A stretch of DNA of 64,000 nt, from positions 2,542,001-2,606,000 of the forward strand of contig CM030333.1 of the NCBI GenBank assembly GCA_017654855.1, given 5' to 3'. The notes beneath the pieces are model-generated. The model worked only from the letters and a program-made list of their open reading frames with translations, did no database searches and was not told the DNA's origin. The DNA is from Podospora anserina. Lineage: Eukaryota. The translations under genes were made by a program, and so were the position numbers. Shown one piece after another: positions 25,258-38,302 of this stretch (positions are counted from its first letter, which is position 1; each line of letters opens with the position of its first letter).

Positions 25258-26185
25258 TCAAGAGGCTGAGGCATCCCACAGGTTGATCGTACGTCGAATA
25301 GCGTCGCCGAGGGCGGTAGGCAAAATCCACACCATAAAGTAAGGATCATTAACGTCCCGGATATCATCCTCTCCGTAAGACCACCCACCCCACCAGTTGT
25401 GGGCGATACACGGCTTGAATATGTTTTGCTGGGCCATATTGGCCAGGTCAGTCATGATGACTCCCGCCCTTGACGGGTAGTTGTAAACGAGGACACTGCA
25501 ACTGCCGTTGTTGCCAGTGCACAGGGCTTAGGCCTTGGGCTCGAATAATTCCACTTTGTCGTCTCGGTTTCCGATTTCCAGTTCTTGTTAACAACCATGT
25601 GAAACAGAAACTACCGGCCCTCTATAGGTAGTAGGCATGTAGCAATGTCGTGTATTCATATAGGGAACACTTACTCCAAAGCTGCTCTATTGCTGTCTGG
25701 CAGTCCTCCTTCACCGGTGTCGATGTCTTGTTTGACAGGAAACATCGCGCTCTGGGATTCTTTGATTTGCTGGGCAGGTCATCCTCGTTCGGGGGAGGAC
25801 CAACAGCAACATCCGGGTCCTTCTGCCAGGCGAAATCGATGACCTTATTGGTAGCGTTCCATGTCTCGGAAATGCCGTTTGTGATATGGCCCTGCTGGTA
25901 GAGGAATGCGGTAACGTCCAGCAGAATCTAGGTCAGATTGACATGTGCGATCTTTGGGTATATTTTACAGTTATATTGGACATTATACGCGTCAAAACTT
26001 ATGGTACTTTCCGGGTCGGCGTGCTCTGCGGCGTATTCGTCGACTTGTTTGAGGACTTGATAGCAGTCGACTGCGCTCTCAATTGCTTTGAAGATAGGGC
26101 CACGCGGCATGGCCTGGACTTCAGATGATGCGGCCACAACCAACTTCAAAAGGTTGAAACAGAAAATGAGGGTGAGAACAATCAT
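25258..26185 (-). pseudogene. Disrupted paralog of the secreted DC-domain family (two domains)
   Basis: Signal peptide MIVLTLIFCFNLLKLVVA; AVDCYQVL and KEDCQTAIEQLW motifs; in-frame TAG (25928-25930) and, on the inferred splicing, TAA (25528-25530), with homology continuing past both. Confidence 0.7.
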
Positions 26186-26815
26186 GATGATGTTGATGTT
26201 TTCCTTGGTCTCTAGGAGATGTGGATGATGATCATGTTTAAGAAGTTAGCTGTACACTTATCAAAGATCTCCCTGTTATATAGCCAGCAATAAGGAGAGA
26301 CAATTTTAGATATGTCGGAAACTGTTACATCCGCCGGTTCCGTTACAATTGATTCGTCTCATCTACTGTTTTTATCTCCCGCCTGACAGATGTGTTCGCT
26401 TTACAAGCAAAGAAACATACGTGCGTATTGTAGCTACCATTCATGATTCCTTGTCCTTATTGGATGAGAATTGTAGCGAAAATCTCGGGCATATGTGACA
26501 GGAAATCAACACTTACTATATCAATCTCTAGTTCCATATCGCCAATAAAGCTCCGGGTGTGGGACAATCTCGCTGTTCCCAGTGACTCCTCGTTGGGCCC
26601 GCTGACAACCTCATGTTGGGTGTCAACAAGGGTTTGTTGCCTGTTTTGCGAATTTGATTCGTAATCGCGCTTTGATTCATAAAGGCCAGCACATGCCACT
26701 TTTCAAGCCAAACGTGCCACATTTTCATCAAATTTGAAAATCTTTTCGAATTTCCATCATTCGGCTGTGGTAGTCAATCGTCAAACTAGTGCGTGGTGTG
26801 TGGTTAGATTGAGCC

Positions 26816-29800
26816 ATGTCTCAGGAATGGGATGTAGCGCCTGCTGCAGTTGTGACAGACTTTGTCGAGCGGTAAGCAAACCACCTTCCATTCCAACCTC
26901 CCAGCATTATGCCAACAGTAACGGCTGACCAATTTTCATTGACTGCTTAGCTGTTCTCAATTACACCTCCCTCTTGTCATTCTTTCAGCGTCTTGCATCT
27001 TGCTCACATGGCAATTGCGAAAAACATCACCCGCCCAACAACGTACCGCTCAACCCCCCGCCAAATCTGTCCGCGGTGCCTTCCTGACTGCCCTGGAAGG
27101 TTTGCTACTGGCGACGACCCTGTCGCTAAACTGGGAGGGCCTCGCTGCGAGTGCGTCTGCTAGTTCCCGGGTCGGCATCACCTTCGGATCCTACCTAGGC
27201 GGATTGTATGTCTTGTCTCTGCTGCCGCCCACCGGCCTTGAGCATGCCGGAAGGGTTACTCGCTATCATTCGGCTGCACTCTATGCTATTTTCTTGCTCT
27301 TGTCCGCCGTAACCAGTGGTGCTGATTCCATCGCTACCAATGTATCATTATCTCTGCTCATCACTGCGTTGCTCTCGCCGCGCCCGCACCAGAAGGATGG
27401 CCCCCTTGAGCTGGACGCGACGGGGGAATCCCAGTCCAGCATTTTTGGTCTTTGGTCGTTTGCCTGGCTAGACGGCATGCTCTTCAAGGCCTGGCGCACT
27501 GGGAGTCTCCAGTCTCGAGACGTACCGGAGCCGGCTTTGCTCACCGCTGCCGACAAGCTTGTGATTCGAACCAAGCTGAGGAGGTGAGTCGTACATCTAC
27601 CGTTATTACCACGTGTAAAATGTATTGTGCTGACATTTCCCACCTGAGACCCAGTGGGTCCCTTGTTCAAAGCCTTCTACGATACTTCGGACCCCAGCTG
27701 GCAGTTCAGGGCGTTGTGGCGGTTGCTTGGGCAGTCCTGACCTTCATGCCCACTTTGTTGTTAAGGTCAATCCTTCAATTTGTCGAGGGGCCAACAGAGT
27801 CCTCCATCGAGGAAGCTCAGGGTTATGTGGTGCTCGTATTTGTCACCAGTGTTTTGGCATCCGCTGCTGAGGCTCGAACCATCTGGCTTGGCCAGAAGAT
27901 TGGGCTCCGGCTGAAGACAATCCTGATCGGCGAGGTCTATCACAAAGCCCTGAGGCGGCCGATGGCCGTTGGATCCTCGAGCGGTGGGCCTGAAGGGCAA
28001 ACGGCTGATATTGGCACCATCATGAACCTCTTCACCGGCGATATCAACCAACTTGCTGATTTGGGGGCAAACATGCATCAGGTCTGGGCCTCAGTCCCCG
28101 TTCAAATATTCATGGCTGTCACGCTGCTCTACTGGACTCTGGGACTCAGCGCGTTTGCAGGAATTGTGGTGATGGGCCTGATGGTGCCTGTCAACTCACG
28201 CATCGCCCGAAGTTTGGGTGCCAACCATATGCAAGTCATGGCTGCATCAGATGCCAGAATCCAGAGCACTACCGAGATGATGCGAAGTATTCGAGTGATC
28301 AAGCTCATTGCTTGGGACTCCTTTTTTCAGCAAAAGATAGGTGACCAACGGGCCGCCGAACTCAAGGTACTTGATACCCGTTATATGCTCTGGACGATCT
28401 CTGCAACAATCTGGTACGGTCTGCCGTTGCTGATTACCTTTTCTTCTTTCTTTTGTTACACAATAATCGGGGGAAATTCATTGACACCTTCACTTACCTT
28501 CACGTCACTATCTCTCTTCAACCTCTTGAAGTCGCCACTCGACGACTTGATCAGCATTATTGGACGTGTCCAGAATTTCCTTGTAGCCGCCATGCGGGTG
28601 GAGGGTTTCTTGGATGAGGAGGAAACAGAGAAACATCACGTTCTTGGTTCTCACACTGGTGGCCAAGGGGAAATTGGCTTCGAGCACGCGACATTCTCCT
28701 GGCCAGGACAGAGCAAGGCGGCAGATCTCTCATCAAAGGACGGCAAGACAACAGAAAATCCCAAATCCTTCTCTCTGAAAAATCTTGACTTCAAATTCAA
28801 GGTCGGAAAGCTCAATATCGTCATTGGAGCTACCGGAAGCGGCAAGTCTTCACTCCTACACGCGCTGTTGGGAGAGATGCCGCTTGTATCGGGAAATGTT
28901 AGGATGCCTGCCGCAGCTTCTCGCGAAATTCTACCTAAGGACGAGAAGACAGATTTGGTCGAGGGTGTAGCGTTTTGTGCTCAGGAGGCTTGGCTAACCA
29001 ATAACACGGTGCGCAACAACATCCTCTTCGGTCAACCGCTTATTGAAGAGCGCTACAGGGCTGTCCTACAGGCCTGCGCTCTTAAGCCTGACCTGAAAAT
29101 ACTGCCTCAAGGTGATCTAACCTCCGTTGGAGAGGGAGGCGTTTCTCTCTCTGGTGGACAGAAACAGCGCGTCTCCCTCGCACGCGCTGTTTATTCCAAT
29201 GCGCGCCATCTGCTTCTTGATGACTGCTTGAGTGCTGTTGATGCTCACACCGCTTCCTGGGTCTTCGAAAGGTGCATTACAGGACGCTTGATGCAAGGAC
29301 GTACGTGCATTCTGGCTACACACAATGTAGCGCTTACAGCACCTGGCGCGGATTACATCCTCCGCATCGACAATGGTACCGTGGTTGCCGCGGGTTCGCA
29401 ACAGGACTTGGCAGTTCAAGGTCAACTTCCGGAACTTGCAAATGGGCCGGGCAACCATGCCACGCCTGAGGGGGTACCGGGCGATCGGGAAGCGGATCAG
29501 AAGCCCGTGGACGAAAAGAAGGGCAAGGAAGGGGAAAAGTCTGACTCGCATGCCACTGAACCTGCTGGGCCCAACACGAGACAGACCATCATCAAATATC
29601 TCGCTTCCATGGGCGGACGGAAATACTGGATCTCCCTGGTCGTCTTCTTCGTGGCGCAACAAGTTGGTTCCATCACCGTGAACTGGTGGGTTCAACGACT
29701 CTCCAACGCGACGGTAGAAGTGCAACGCCGAGAAGATAATACAATCGAAGAGTCTCACTCATGGAGATTGAAGCACTACTTTGCGATCTACGGTCTTCTC

Positions 29801-31436
29801 CTTGCTGTTTATTTTGCAGTCGGCTTCATGAGACTGTACATGTTGTCCATCGGCTCGCTGACGGCCTCGGTACGCATCCACGATAGTCTTCTCAAGTCTG
29901 TTCTGAGTGCGGCTCTCAAGTTTTTCGATGATAAATCATTTGGTCAGTTGATCGGAGTGTTCTCTGGGGACATGCGGACTGTTGATCAAGACTTGGCCAT
30001 GCTCGCCATTGCCACCCTACATTTCGTAGGGTCACTTATTGCTACCACCATTCTCATCGTCTTCATTACTCCGCAGTTCTCCCTCCCAGCGATTCTCATC
30101 TCTCTTGTCTACTACTTTATTACCAAGGTCTACATCTCCTCATCGAGCGACCTCAAAGCTCTTGAATCGACGCGCCAGTCTCGGGTTCTCCAGCATTTTC
30201 ATGAGACGCTCTCGGGAACCGTCACTATCCGTGCCTACGGCGCAGAGAGGGAATATCTGACTCAAAGTTCAGCTCTTCTTCGGAAGCTAAACCAGCCTTC
30301 ATTCTTTCTATGGGCCACGGAAAGGTGGTTGGTTCTCCGGCTCAGTCTTACAAGTGCCTTTGTTTCCCTATTTGCGGGCTCCTTTTCCATCAGGAGTAAC
30401 GGGGATGCCGGCACTATTGGGCTCAGCATGTCATATGCCATTGTTTTCTCGGAACAGGTACTGTGGTTGATTCGATATTACATGGTGACTATCCAGAACA
30501 TGACTGCGTAAGTCGTCTACACTCTTCAAAGCAGTGAATCAACAAGCTAATTCCATGCCTTCTAGTCTCCAGCGCGTTTGTGGCTGCTTGGATGAAAGTA
30601 CCGGGGCACAAGAGGCAAAATCCACAAGGGAACCAAGCAAAGAATGGCCTTCGTCAGGCTTCGTAGAATACCGCACAGTCTCTGCTCGTTACGCAGCCCA
30701 TCTAGACCCCGTACTTAGGGATCTTTCTTTCCAAGTCCGGCCTCTGGAGAGGGTGGGCATCGTCGGCCGTACTGGTGCTGGAAAATCTAGTCTGGCACTC
30801 ACTCTGCTGCGCGGCCTCGAGATCGAGAGCGGGCAGATTCTGATCGACGGGTTGGACACCAAAACGATCGATTTGCACACGCTGCGCAGCCGGCTATCCT
30901 ATGTACCGCAAGACCCGACGCTCTTTGCTGGGACGTTGCGTCTGAATCTCGACCCATACAACGAACACACAGACGAGGAGGTTCTCGATGCCTTGAAACG
31001 AGTTGGCTTGTTCGATTCAAGTGAAGGAAGAGGGAAGTTTACGGATTTATCCTTCACTCTTGCAGAAAGGGGCTCAAACATATCCCAGGGACAGAGGCAA
31101 CTCGTGTGCATTGCAAGTTCTGTGCTGAAAGGCTCCAAGGTAGTCGTCCTGGACGAAGCGACAGCGTCGATTGACCATGAATCGGATATCAAGATTCAGG
31201 CGTGTATCCGGAGCATGGAGGCCACTGTCATTACGATTGCACATCGTCTACGTACTGTCATCGACTATGATCGCATTCTGAGTCTGGACGCCGGGTGCAT
31301 GAAGGAGTGCGACCATTCGTGGGAGTTGCTTCAGCAGAAGAACGGCGTCTTCAGGGGGATGTGTGATGCGGCGGTGGACCGGGAAGAGTTGTTTGCACTT
31401 TCTAAGGCGGCATGGGATAGTAGGCATACCGCCTGA
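26816..31436 (+). CDS. ABCC/MRP-type (Ybt1/Bpt1-like) ABC transporter, 4 exons
   Basis: TMD-NBD-TMD-NBD architecture; Walker A GATGSGKS and GRTGAGKS, signatures LSGGQKQR and [19 protein letters not shown] and VVLDEATAS; spliced start MSQEWDVAP. Confidence 0.92.
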
Positions 31437-32014
31437 TGTTACGGACCTCGCATTTATTTGTTTTGAATGTGATGAAGCAAGCTCATGAAGAGTGGGATAT
31501 AGCGCAGCTGATATAGTAAGGTAGGTGGCTAAATCTTCCACTATCAAGCTAGAATTTCTTTGGATAAAGAGGCCTAAAAATGAGGATGCTTTCAGACCCT
31601 AAACTTGTTTTGTATTCCAAAACAAATTATGGCCCTCATCGGAGACTTGTACGGCCACCATAAGGTCGACGTGGGCCTGCATTGAAAAGTGTTGATACTA
31701 TTGCACCCATTCGGAGGGTCAGCACTTGGCCGCTGGTATGTGAGGAGAGGGAATTTCACCCCATTTTTGCCATCCGATCGAGGCAAAACTCAGCAGACCT
31801 TTCTCAAAGCCGCAAGACCAAACCACGATGTTCGGTATTTATTTTTCTGTCTCTTTAAAACTCCCGATGTCCCGCGGTCATCCCAGGCTGTTTTGTTTCG
31901 CCGTTCAATTTATCATGAATGATTTTTTTCTTTGAAAAAAGGACGACGTAACGAACACGACACTACACACAGTCTAATAAACCACCAATCCAAACCAATC
32001 AAACACCAACATCA

Positions 32015-33127
32015 ATGCCAGATGCATTCGTTGATACAGGATGGCACCATTGCAACACCCTCGAGGCAGTTGACGTGTGGGACAAGCCAACACACCCATA
32101 CCTGTTCGTGGTGATCACAGACTCCGCGGGCACAAAAACCATTGTTATATGTCCAGTCTCTTCCACGGCTCGTTTGGCTCCAACATTGAGCAGCCACAGG
32201 ATCTCAACTGACGGGACACCTCATATCGCTGCTCGAAACCCGTCAATAAAAACCAAAGCACGATCAAATTCCCGTAGAATTACACCACGCAGCCCTCAAC
32301 AATCGTATGGCTACAGCCCCGATTATGACGACAACGATACCCCTTCCTCATCCTCGAGACCAACTTACACTGGCTACGAAAGCTCTTCGCGATCAAGCAG
32401 TAACACCAGAACCCACGCTCCCCAGGGACAACAATCAATCCCGGATACTTCTTATCCCCCATCCTCATCATCCGCATCTTCCTCCTCTCGATCATCAATA
32501 TCACCCCCCTCACAAAGACAACAGCCTCCTACAGCGGCGTTGGATCCCCCTGTGCACAAATCTTCAGTCACAAACTCGGAAGAGTCTACTCACCCACTTG
32601 ATAATAGCAGCACAACCTCGGAAAATCATGGCGCAGATGATCAACCACCTGCACCCCTAATCAAACCTTCTACACCACCACCACCGCCACCGCCACCACC
32701 ACCTCCCCCTCCCCCTCCTTCCCAACCATCAACCACCAGCCCTCAACCAACCCCCACCCCAACTCCTGCTGGTCCAGATCTTCAGCTCCCTTCCATCCCC
32801 GGAATAACAGACAACAACAACAATAACCCTGGTCCCGAAGCTCAAAAACCTTTCGACGTCGCCAATCTACTCAAGATAGGCGGCAGCTCAGTCTTAGGGG
32901 GCGGGTTGACGCTCGTAGCGATTTTCTTTCTGGTCAAGTACTTTATAAGGAGAAAGCATGGTAAACAGGGTGGTGAGGGAGGGGATGCTGAAGGGAAGAA
33001 TGGTGATTTGGAGGCTGGACTTGGGGGGATGGGGGTTGGGCTTGGTGGGATAGGGATTGGACAACAACAGCCGCATCAGCAACAGATTGTCGACGATGGG
33101 AGCGGTAGTCAGCCGGCTGGTATATGA
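32015..33127 (+). CDS. Hypothetical S/P-rich protein with single C-proximal transmembrane helix
   Basis: 370-aa ORF with poly-Pro; hydrophobic VLGGGLTLVAIFFLVKYFI followed by basic RRKH. Confidence 0.6.
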   Translation: MPDAFVDTGWHHCNTLEAVDVWDKPTHPYLFVVITDSAGTKTIVICPVSSTARLAPTLSSHRISTDGTPHIAARNPSIKTKARSNSRRITPRSPQQSYGYSPDYDDNDTPSSSSRPTYTGYESSSRSSSNTRTHAPQGQQSIPDTSYPPSSSSASSSSRSSISPPSQRQQPPTAALDPPVHKSSVTNSEESTHPLDNSSTTSENHGADDQPPAPLIKPSTPPPPPPPPPPPPPPPSQPSTTSPQPTPTPTPAGPDLQLPSIPGITDNNNNNPGPEAQKPFDVANLLKIGGSSVLGGGLTLVAIFFLVKYFIRRKHGKQGGEGGDAEGKNGDLEAGLGGMGVGLGGIGIGQQQPHQQQIVDDGSGSQPAGI

Positions 33128-34196
33128 CGGTCAAGGGGACCGGGAGCTGCTGCTCAGCCTGGCTCCCGGTTGGCGATGACGACGACCACGAAGATGGGGG
33201 CATTGGGCTATGCGATTCCGCAGCTGGTGCCTTTTCTCCTGGCTAGAGATTTCGTGAGGCATTTTCGGCAGTGATGGATGGGGGTGATCTGGATTTTGAG
33301 GGCTGGAGTTTGTATAATATCCATCAGCGAGGCGTTGAGGAATAATACCAATTTGTTTGTCAGATTTCCATCGGGCCTCGCAATCAGTCATCATGCACAT
33401 GCGCCGCGTGGGTCGGGGTTGCCAAAAAATTCCACATAATTCCAGACCTGTCGGGTCAGCCTCCCTCCCTCGTGAAAGTTACACCAAGGCATGTGTTATG
33501 GAACAGTTGATTTCCTTGGGCGTGGGTTTTTGGGCTTCATAGCCTCAACTGCGCCTTCAACGACCCAGCCCGAACAGGTGCGACCGGGCGGGTCCAACAC
33601 GTCACCAAAGTTGAGCCCCGGCTCCGGCGCTGTTTGGGGGCAGGTAGTAGGTAGGACCATGAAACCTAAAATGCTTGATCATCTGTGTGTTCCGCTGCGG
33701 CTTTTTTTCTTTCTTTTTTTCTTTTTTCACCCTGTCAATTCTTTCTCGCCGCTGGTGACTTTTTTTTTGTCTTGTGTTCGGGGTGACGGATTGAACTGTG
33801 CGGCCGAGAGAGCTTTGAATGAAGAGGGATGCTGAGACTTGATTGAGAAGGCGCAGCAACAACCAACTTCGATCGCCGACGGCACATAAGACTCTGTGTG
33901 TTCCGTTTTTGGGTTTGTGATGCAGAAAAAAAAAAGTGAGTGGAAAAGGGGGATGTTGGAAAATTTTGTTCATTTCATTGACAGAGAGTGGAAAGGCCTG
34001 GCTAGAGATATCACCTCGAAACAAGCATCAACCTTGAAATACATACCAAAGGCTTTAAATTAACTCGATAACTCTGCGCAAAACATCCCAAGGTCAGTAG
34101 AAGTTCTCACCACCAGGAATGTCACCAACTTAAAGCCAGCTAACGCCCTTGGCAGATCCTCACGAAGAATTTTGGCCGGTCAACTAATACCTCACA

Positions 34197-34592
34197 ATGG
34201 CTCCCATCAATTCGTCTCCCGTTGATGCCACAAGACCACCCCCAATAAGCGAATGGACCGGGTTTATGGTTACTCTATTCGCGATACCCTGCATCCTCAT
34301 GACCATCGCAGCAGTCTGGGCAGTATGGAGGCAGAAGCAAATCCGCACAATGTCCTTGGTTGTTAGTATGGACTATGAAGTTACTGAGGTGGCCAATGTT
34401 CGGACGCCTCTCTTGGCTCTACCATCTACACCACAACTCAAGGCCAAAAACACGCTTGAAATCCCGGGGATGCACACTCCATCAATCAGTCCGGCGCTGT
34501 CGGGGAGGACAGAAATCGCATCACCTGTGGAGGAAGAGCAGCGGCACAAGTTCAAGGATATTCCCGAGTTTTCAATCAGCAGGGCGACATGA
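34197..34592 (+). CDS. Small single-pass membrane protein
   Basis: Good start context (CACAATGG); TM segment FMVTLFAIPCILMTIAAVWAVW followed by RQK. Confidence 0.6.
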   Translation: MAPINSSPVDATRPPPISEWTGFMVTLFAIPCILMTIAAVWAVWRQKQIRTMSLVVSMDYEVTEVANVRTPLLALPSTPQLKAKNTLEIPGMHTPSISPALSGRTEIASPVEEEQRHKFKDIPEFSISRAT

Positions 34593-35395
34593 AAGGGGCT
34601 AATGAGCATTGTTTGGCATTCAGAGGCGTTGTGGGCACTAATCGGCATACCTACCTATAAGGCATGGCAGAGAGTTACCAGGCAGAAGGCACACCTATTC
34701 ACTGGACATACGTTGACGGGGAAAGCGTGACTGTCACGCCTGCCCCCCCGGAGGCACTGGTGATGTGATCACGCAATTGCTGCCTGGTAATGAAACACTT
34801 CTCCATCATTCATCTAAGGCCATGAAATCACAAGGAATGAGAACTGCAATCAAAATTCATTGATCAAGTTCTCATCTGACTCCAGCAAAATTCACTCACC
34901 TCCGAAACCCCGATGCTGCCCTCAACACCAACGGACCAGTTTCAGGCCCGCTCGCCGGCTCCGAATCGGAACCAAACCGAAGGAGGACGCTACTTCCTGC
35001 CTCCACCGCGTTGCAAACCGCCCGACTTTGGCCTAGCCGGTGAGCTGGTGCCGACTCAAACTGCTCGCCTAGCCCAGGAGGCAATACAGTCCGTCGAGAC
35101 GCGAACTGCAAAGTCACGTCAGAAACTAGCGGGACAGCGGAGACCGTTCGATCTGAAATGTTTTGGTCATTCAATTTGGTGGTCAGATCGCAATCAGAAG
35201 CCGTGCGTGTGACAGTAACTGACCACCCATTCAACACTACGACCTGTCTTGAGAATGGCAATCCTGCGACTTTCCTGATCTGCTTCATCAACAAGCACTC
35301 ACTCTCACGCCCAAGTCCCCCATTGTTTCCGATCACCCTTACAAGACCTTCAGGCCACCCGAGTCAGACGTCCAAACCCGGAGCCCCACTTCAAA

Positions 35396-35860
35396 ATGGG
35401 CGGCGCTGACGATGACATCCCCATCCCGGACATCCCGGTTCACGTCTATGTGATCATCGGCTGCGTGGCCGTCTCGCTAGCCTTGTCGCAGATACTCGGG
35501 CTGTGGCTGACGGGGTTTAAGGAGCCGACTCCGACGGGGCCGGTGTATGTTAGGACGACTAGGACGCTGCATGATAAGCCGAGTGAGTCGACGCTTGTGG
35601 GTGTGGGGGATGCTGTGACAGGGGCGCTGTCGATGGATGCTACGGGAAGAGAGTCTGGGGAGGTTGGGGAGTCGGTGGAGGGGAAGAAGGTTGGGGAGGT
35701 TGGGGAGTCGGTGGAGGGGAAGAAGGTTGGGGAGGTGGAGAAAATCAAAGAGGAAGGGGATATCAAGGAAGATAACAAAGAGACAGAGGATATCAAGGAG
35801 GATAACGAGAGTGGGGAGATCAGGGAGCCGGATGGGATCAAGGAGAAGCCTGAGGTGTAG
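35396..35860 (+). CDS. Small single-pass membrane protein with acidic tandem repeats
   Basis: Start context CAAAATGG; TM segment VYVIIGCVAVSLALSQILGLWL; repeats GEVGESVEGKKV and DIKEDN. Confidence 0.6.
   Translation: MGGADDDIPIPDIPVHVYVIIGCVAVSLALSQILGLWLTGFKEPTPTGPVYVRTTRTLHDKPSESTLVGVGDAVTGALSMDATGRESGEVGESVEGKKVGEVGESVEGKKVGEVEKIKEEGDIKEDNKETEDIKEDNESGEIREPDGIKEKPEV
35657..35738 (+). repeat. 36-bp coding tandem repeat (GEVGESVEGKKV, ~2.3 copies)
   Basis: ggggaggttggggagtcggtggaggggaagaaggtt repeated directly. Confidence 0.85.
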
Positions 35861-36252
35861 ATGGGGTGATTTTGGTGGATGGACGCGCTGCTTTTGATAC
35901 CCGGGAACGAAAGGGAATTATCGACTGGTTGGTGCGTTGAATTTTGAAGCTGGGATTTCTTTCGAGAGTGTATGGATATGTATGATAAAGCCGACCAACC
36001 TTTGAGAATGTACCACTACCACTTTTACTCAGGCTCACATACTCACTACCGTGAAGCCAGATAGCTACTGATGGTATTTGCCACACACATTGCTAATATT
36101 TGCCCTACGTGCCTAGTATCATGTTTCCTAGGTTGTTTTCCATACCCACGATCATTACATATCGCCCACTTACAGCTAACTATCACCCGCTACATCTCGA
36201 TGCCTATCTCTTCTTTCCAGCCACTGTCTACCCACAAAAGCAAACATTCAAA

Positions 36253-36736
36253 ATGCCCACAAACGCTGAAACAGCCCTCGGCATCATCGTCGCCTTTCTC
36301 GTCGCCGTCATCCTCGTCGTCCTTATCTGACTCACCACTGAACACTGCAACAAAAGGCGCAAAAGCAAGGCACACCAGCAAATCCCGCTTCACCACACTG
36401 GTACTACAGCCTCCTTCCCTTTCCTCATTCAAGAGACGTAACAAACAAACAGCTACAGCCTAACCCGCCTTCACCCCGAGGACATAGAGCCACCCCCAAT
36501 ACCGCACCGGAACCTTGACCAAACCACCTCCAGCACGCCCCCATCGGCCTTCAACTCCATGGCCTCCTCCTCTCCGTACTGCTAGACCGCGCTCCTACAA
36601 CCGCGACTCTCCTACCCTACCAAGATCCGTCTCTTCCTCATCAATCGAAGAAAAGGGGAAAGAACCTGAGAGATTCTACGAAGCATCGTCTTCAAAGCCA
36701 CCGGCAGCGACGGCATCAGCGGCGGCGGTGAAATAG
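36253..36736 (+). pseudogene. Small single-pass membrane gene interrupted by TGA directly after the TM helix
   Basis: MPTNAETALGIIVAFLVAVILVVLI*LTTEHCNKRRKSK; a P/S-rich open frame follows at 36515-36736 but I could not splice it cleanly. Confidence 0.45.
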
Positions 36737-38302
36737 GGGAGAGTGGAGACGAATGGCTTGGCATCCAGGGGTAAAAAAAGGGGTCTTCACCACCGTCGGT
36801 AGAGCCATTTTGAGGGATCAATCTGGGGATTATTATGTTACAGAACTCATACACAAAAACAATTCTACTACAAGATGTAACCGAAATATGGACAGATCCC
36901 TTCTGACTACCTACCAAAGACAAATACATTGCTGCATAGAAACGTGGGTAAAACAGTGATAACAAACAAAACACAAGTCCACCCGGTAAACCCAATCCCC
37001 TGAACCATAACCATTCTGCTTGTTCCACGGTGACCTTGCTGGCCACCAACAAAGCCGACATCGCTCCCCCGGACCATCGGCTCCCTATCGGCCCAACACA
37101 AAACCACGGGAAATGTCGTGGCATATATGATACAACCCCCCCCCCCTCTCTCTTCAGCGTGGCAACTGGCAACCAACCACCACCACCACCACCGTGGCAA
37201 TCCGTGTATCAGTCACACGCGAGTTCCCGTACCAACCCCCCTCAATTGGCAGTGAATAATCCCGCTCTCTCTTCTGACTCCTCACCCATTCGTCATCATC
37301 CTTCGTCTGGCAACCATGGGAAAATAACATGACCCATGATAGATTCTGTGTGTCAAGTGGCGAGCACTGTGCCTGCCATTTTCTTCTCGATCGTACGCCA
37401 TGCCATGCACACAGAATCTTACAAACACGGCTTGTGAAACCTGATAAAAACAAACACCACTCCAGAGACAGCATATTGACTCAAGTCACGACAGTAGACC
37501 CAAAAGAGTGGGATAACGCTCATGCCTCAGCATCGAGCTCCGATTTCATTTGTTCGTTCCCTCTCGGGGCCGGCTACCTATCACCCATCCTGATGAGAGC
37601 GCGTTATCCCGTCGCTTAATATCGTGATATGTTGATATGATGATGATTAAGTTCCCAAAGCCAACCACACACACCCACAAGTCGGAGGCTTCCTCTATCC
37701 CAGTCCACCACCACCACACCCCTGATGCTATCAGAAAGACACCTTGGTACCCCTTTGGCCCGATTTATACTTGTCGCTTGCAGCAGCCCGCCAGCCCATA
37801 TCCACAGAGGAAAACCCCCTCAACTGACAAAAGTGATGCAACTCCACAACGCCGTCGCATAACATGTCTAAAACCAGCAATAAAACCCCAGTAGACAACG
37901 AGGGAAAAGAAATAACAATAACGCCGGGACCGCGGTGGGTCATGGACCAAAGTATCCCCTTTTGGCCAAAAATGATTATACAGAGACTAACAAAAAACCA
38001 GCAGATGCGCGGGGGGTATCATATGGGGCGGAGGGGTGAAAAAACCGTTGTCGCTCTCGGTGGCCGCACTTTCCCACAGAGGAACAAATTTACTGGAACC
38101 CGGAAAACTGCGTAATGCATCAAGATGTAGAGGTCGCCACACGCTGCTCAGACGTTGTCGCGGGTCCCCAGAAGGAGATCGATATGCCGTGACAAAGGAG
38201 ACGATAAAAAGATAATTCGGGGGTCGGTTCGGGCTGTGCCGCAAGAAACGGGTCGAGCCGTCCATAGAAAGAGCCGTGAGAAAGAGATAGTGCTGACAGC
38301 GC

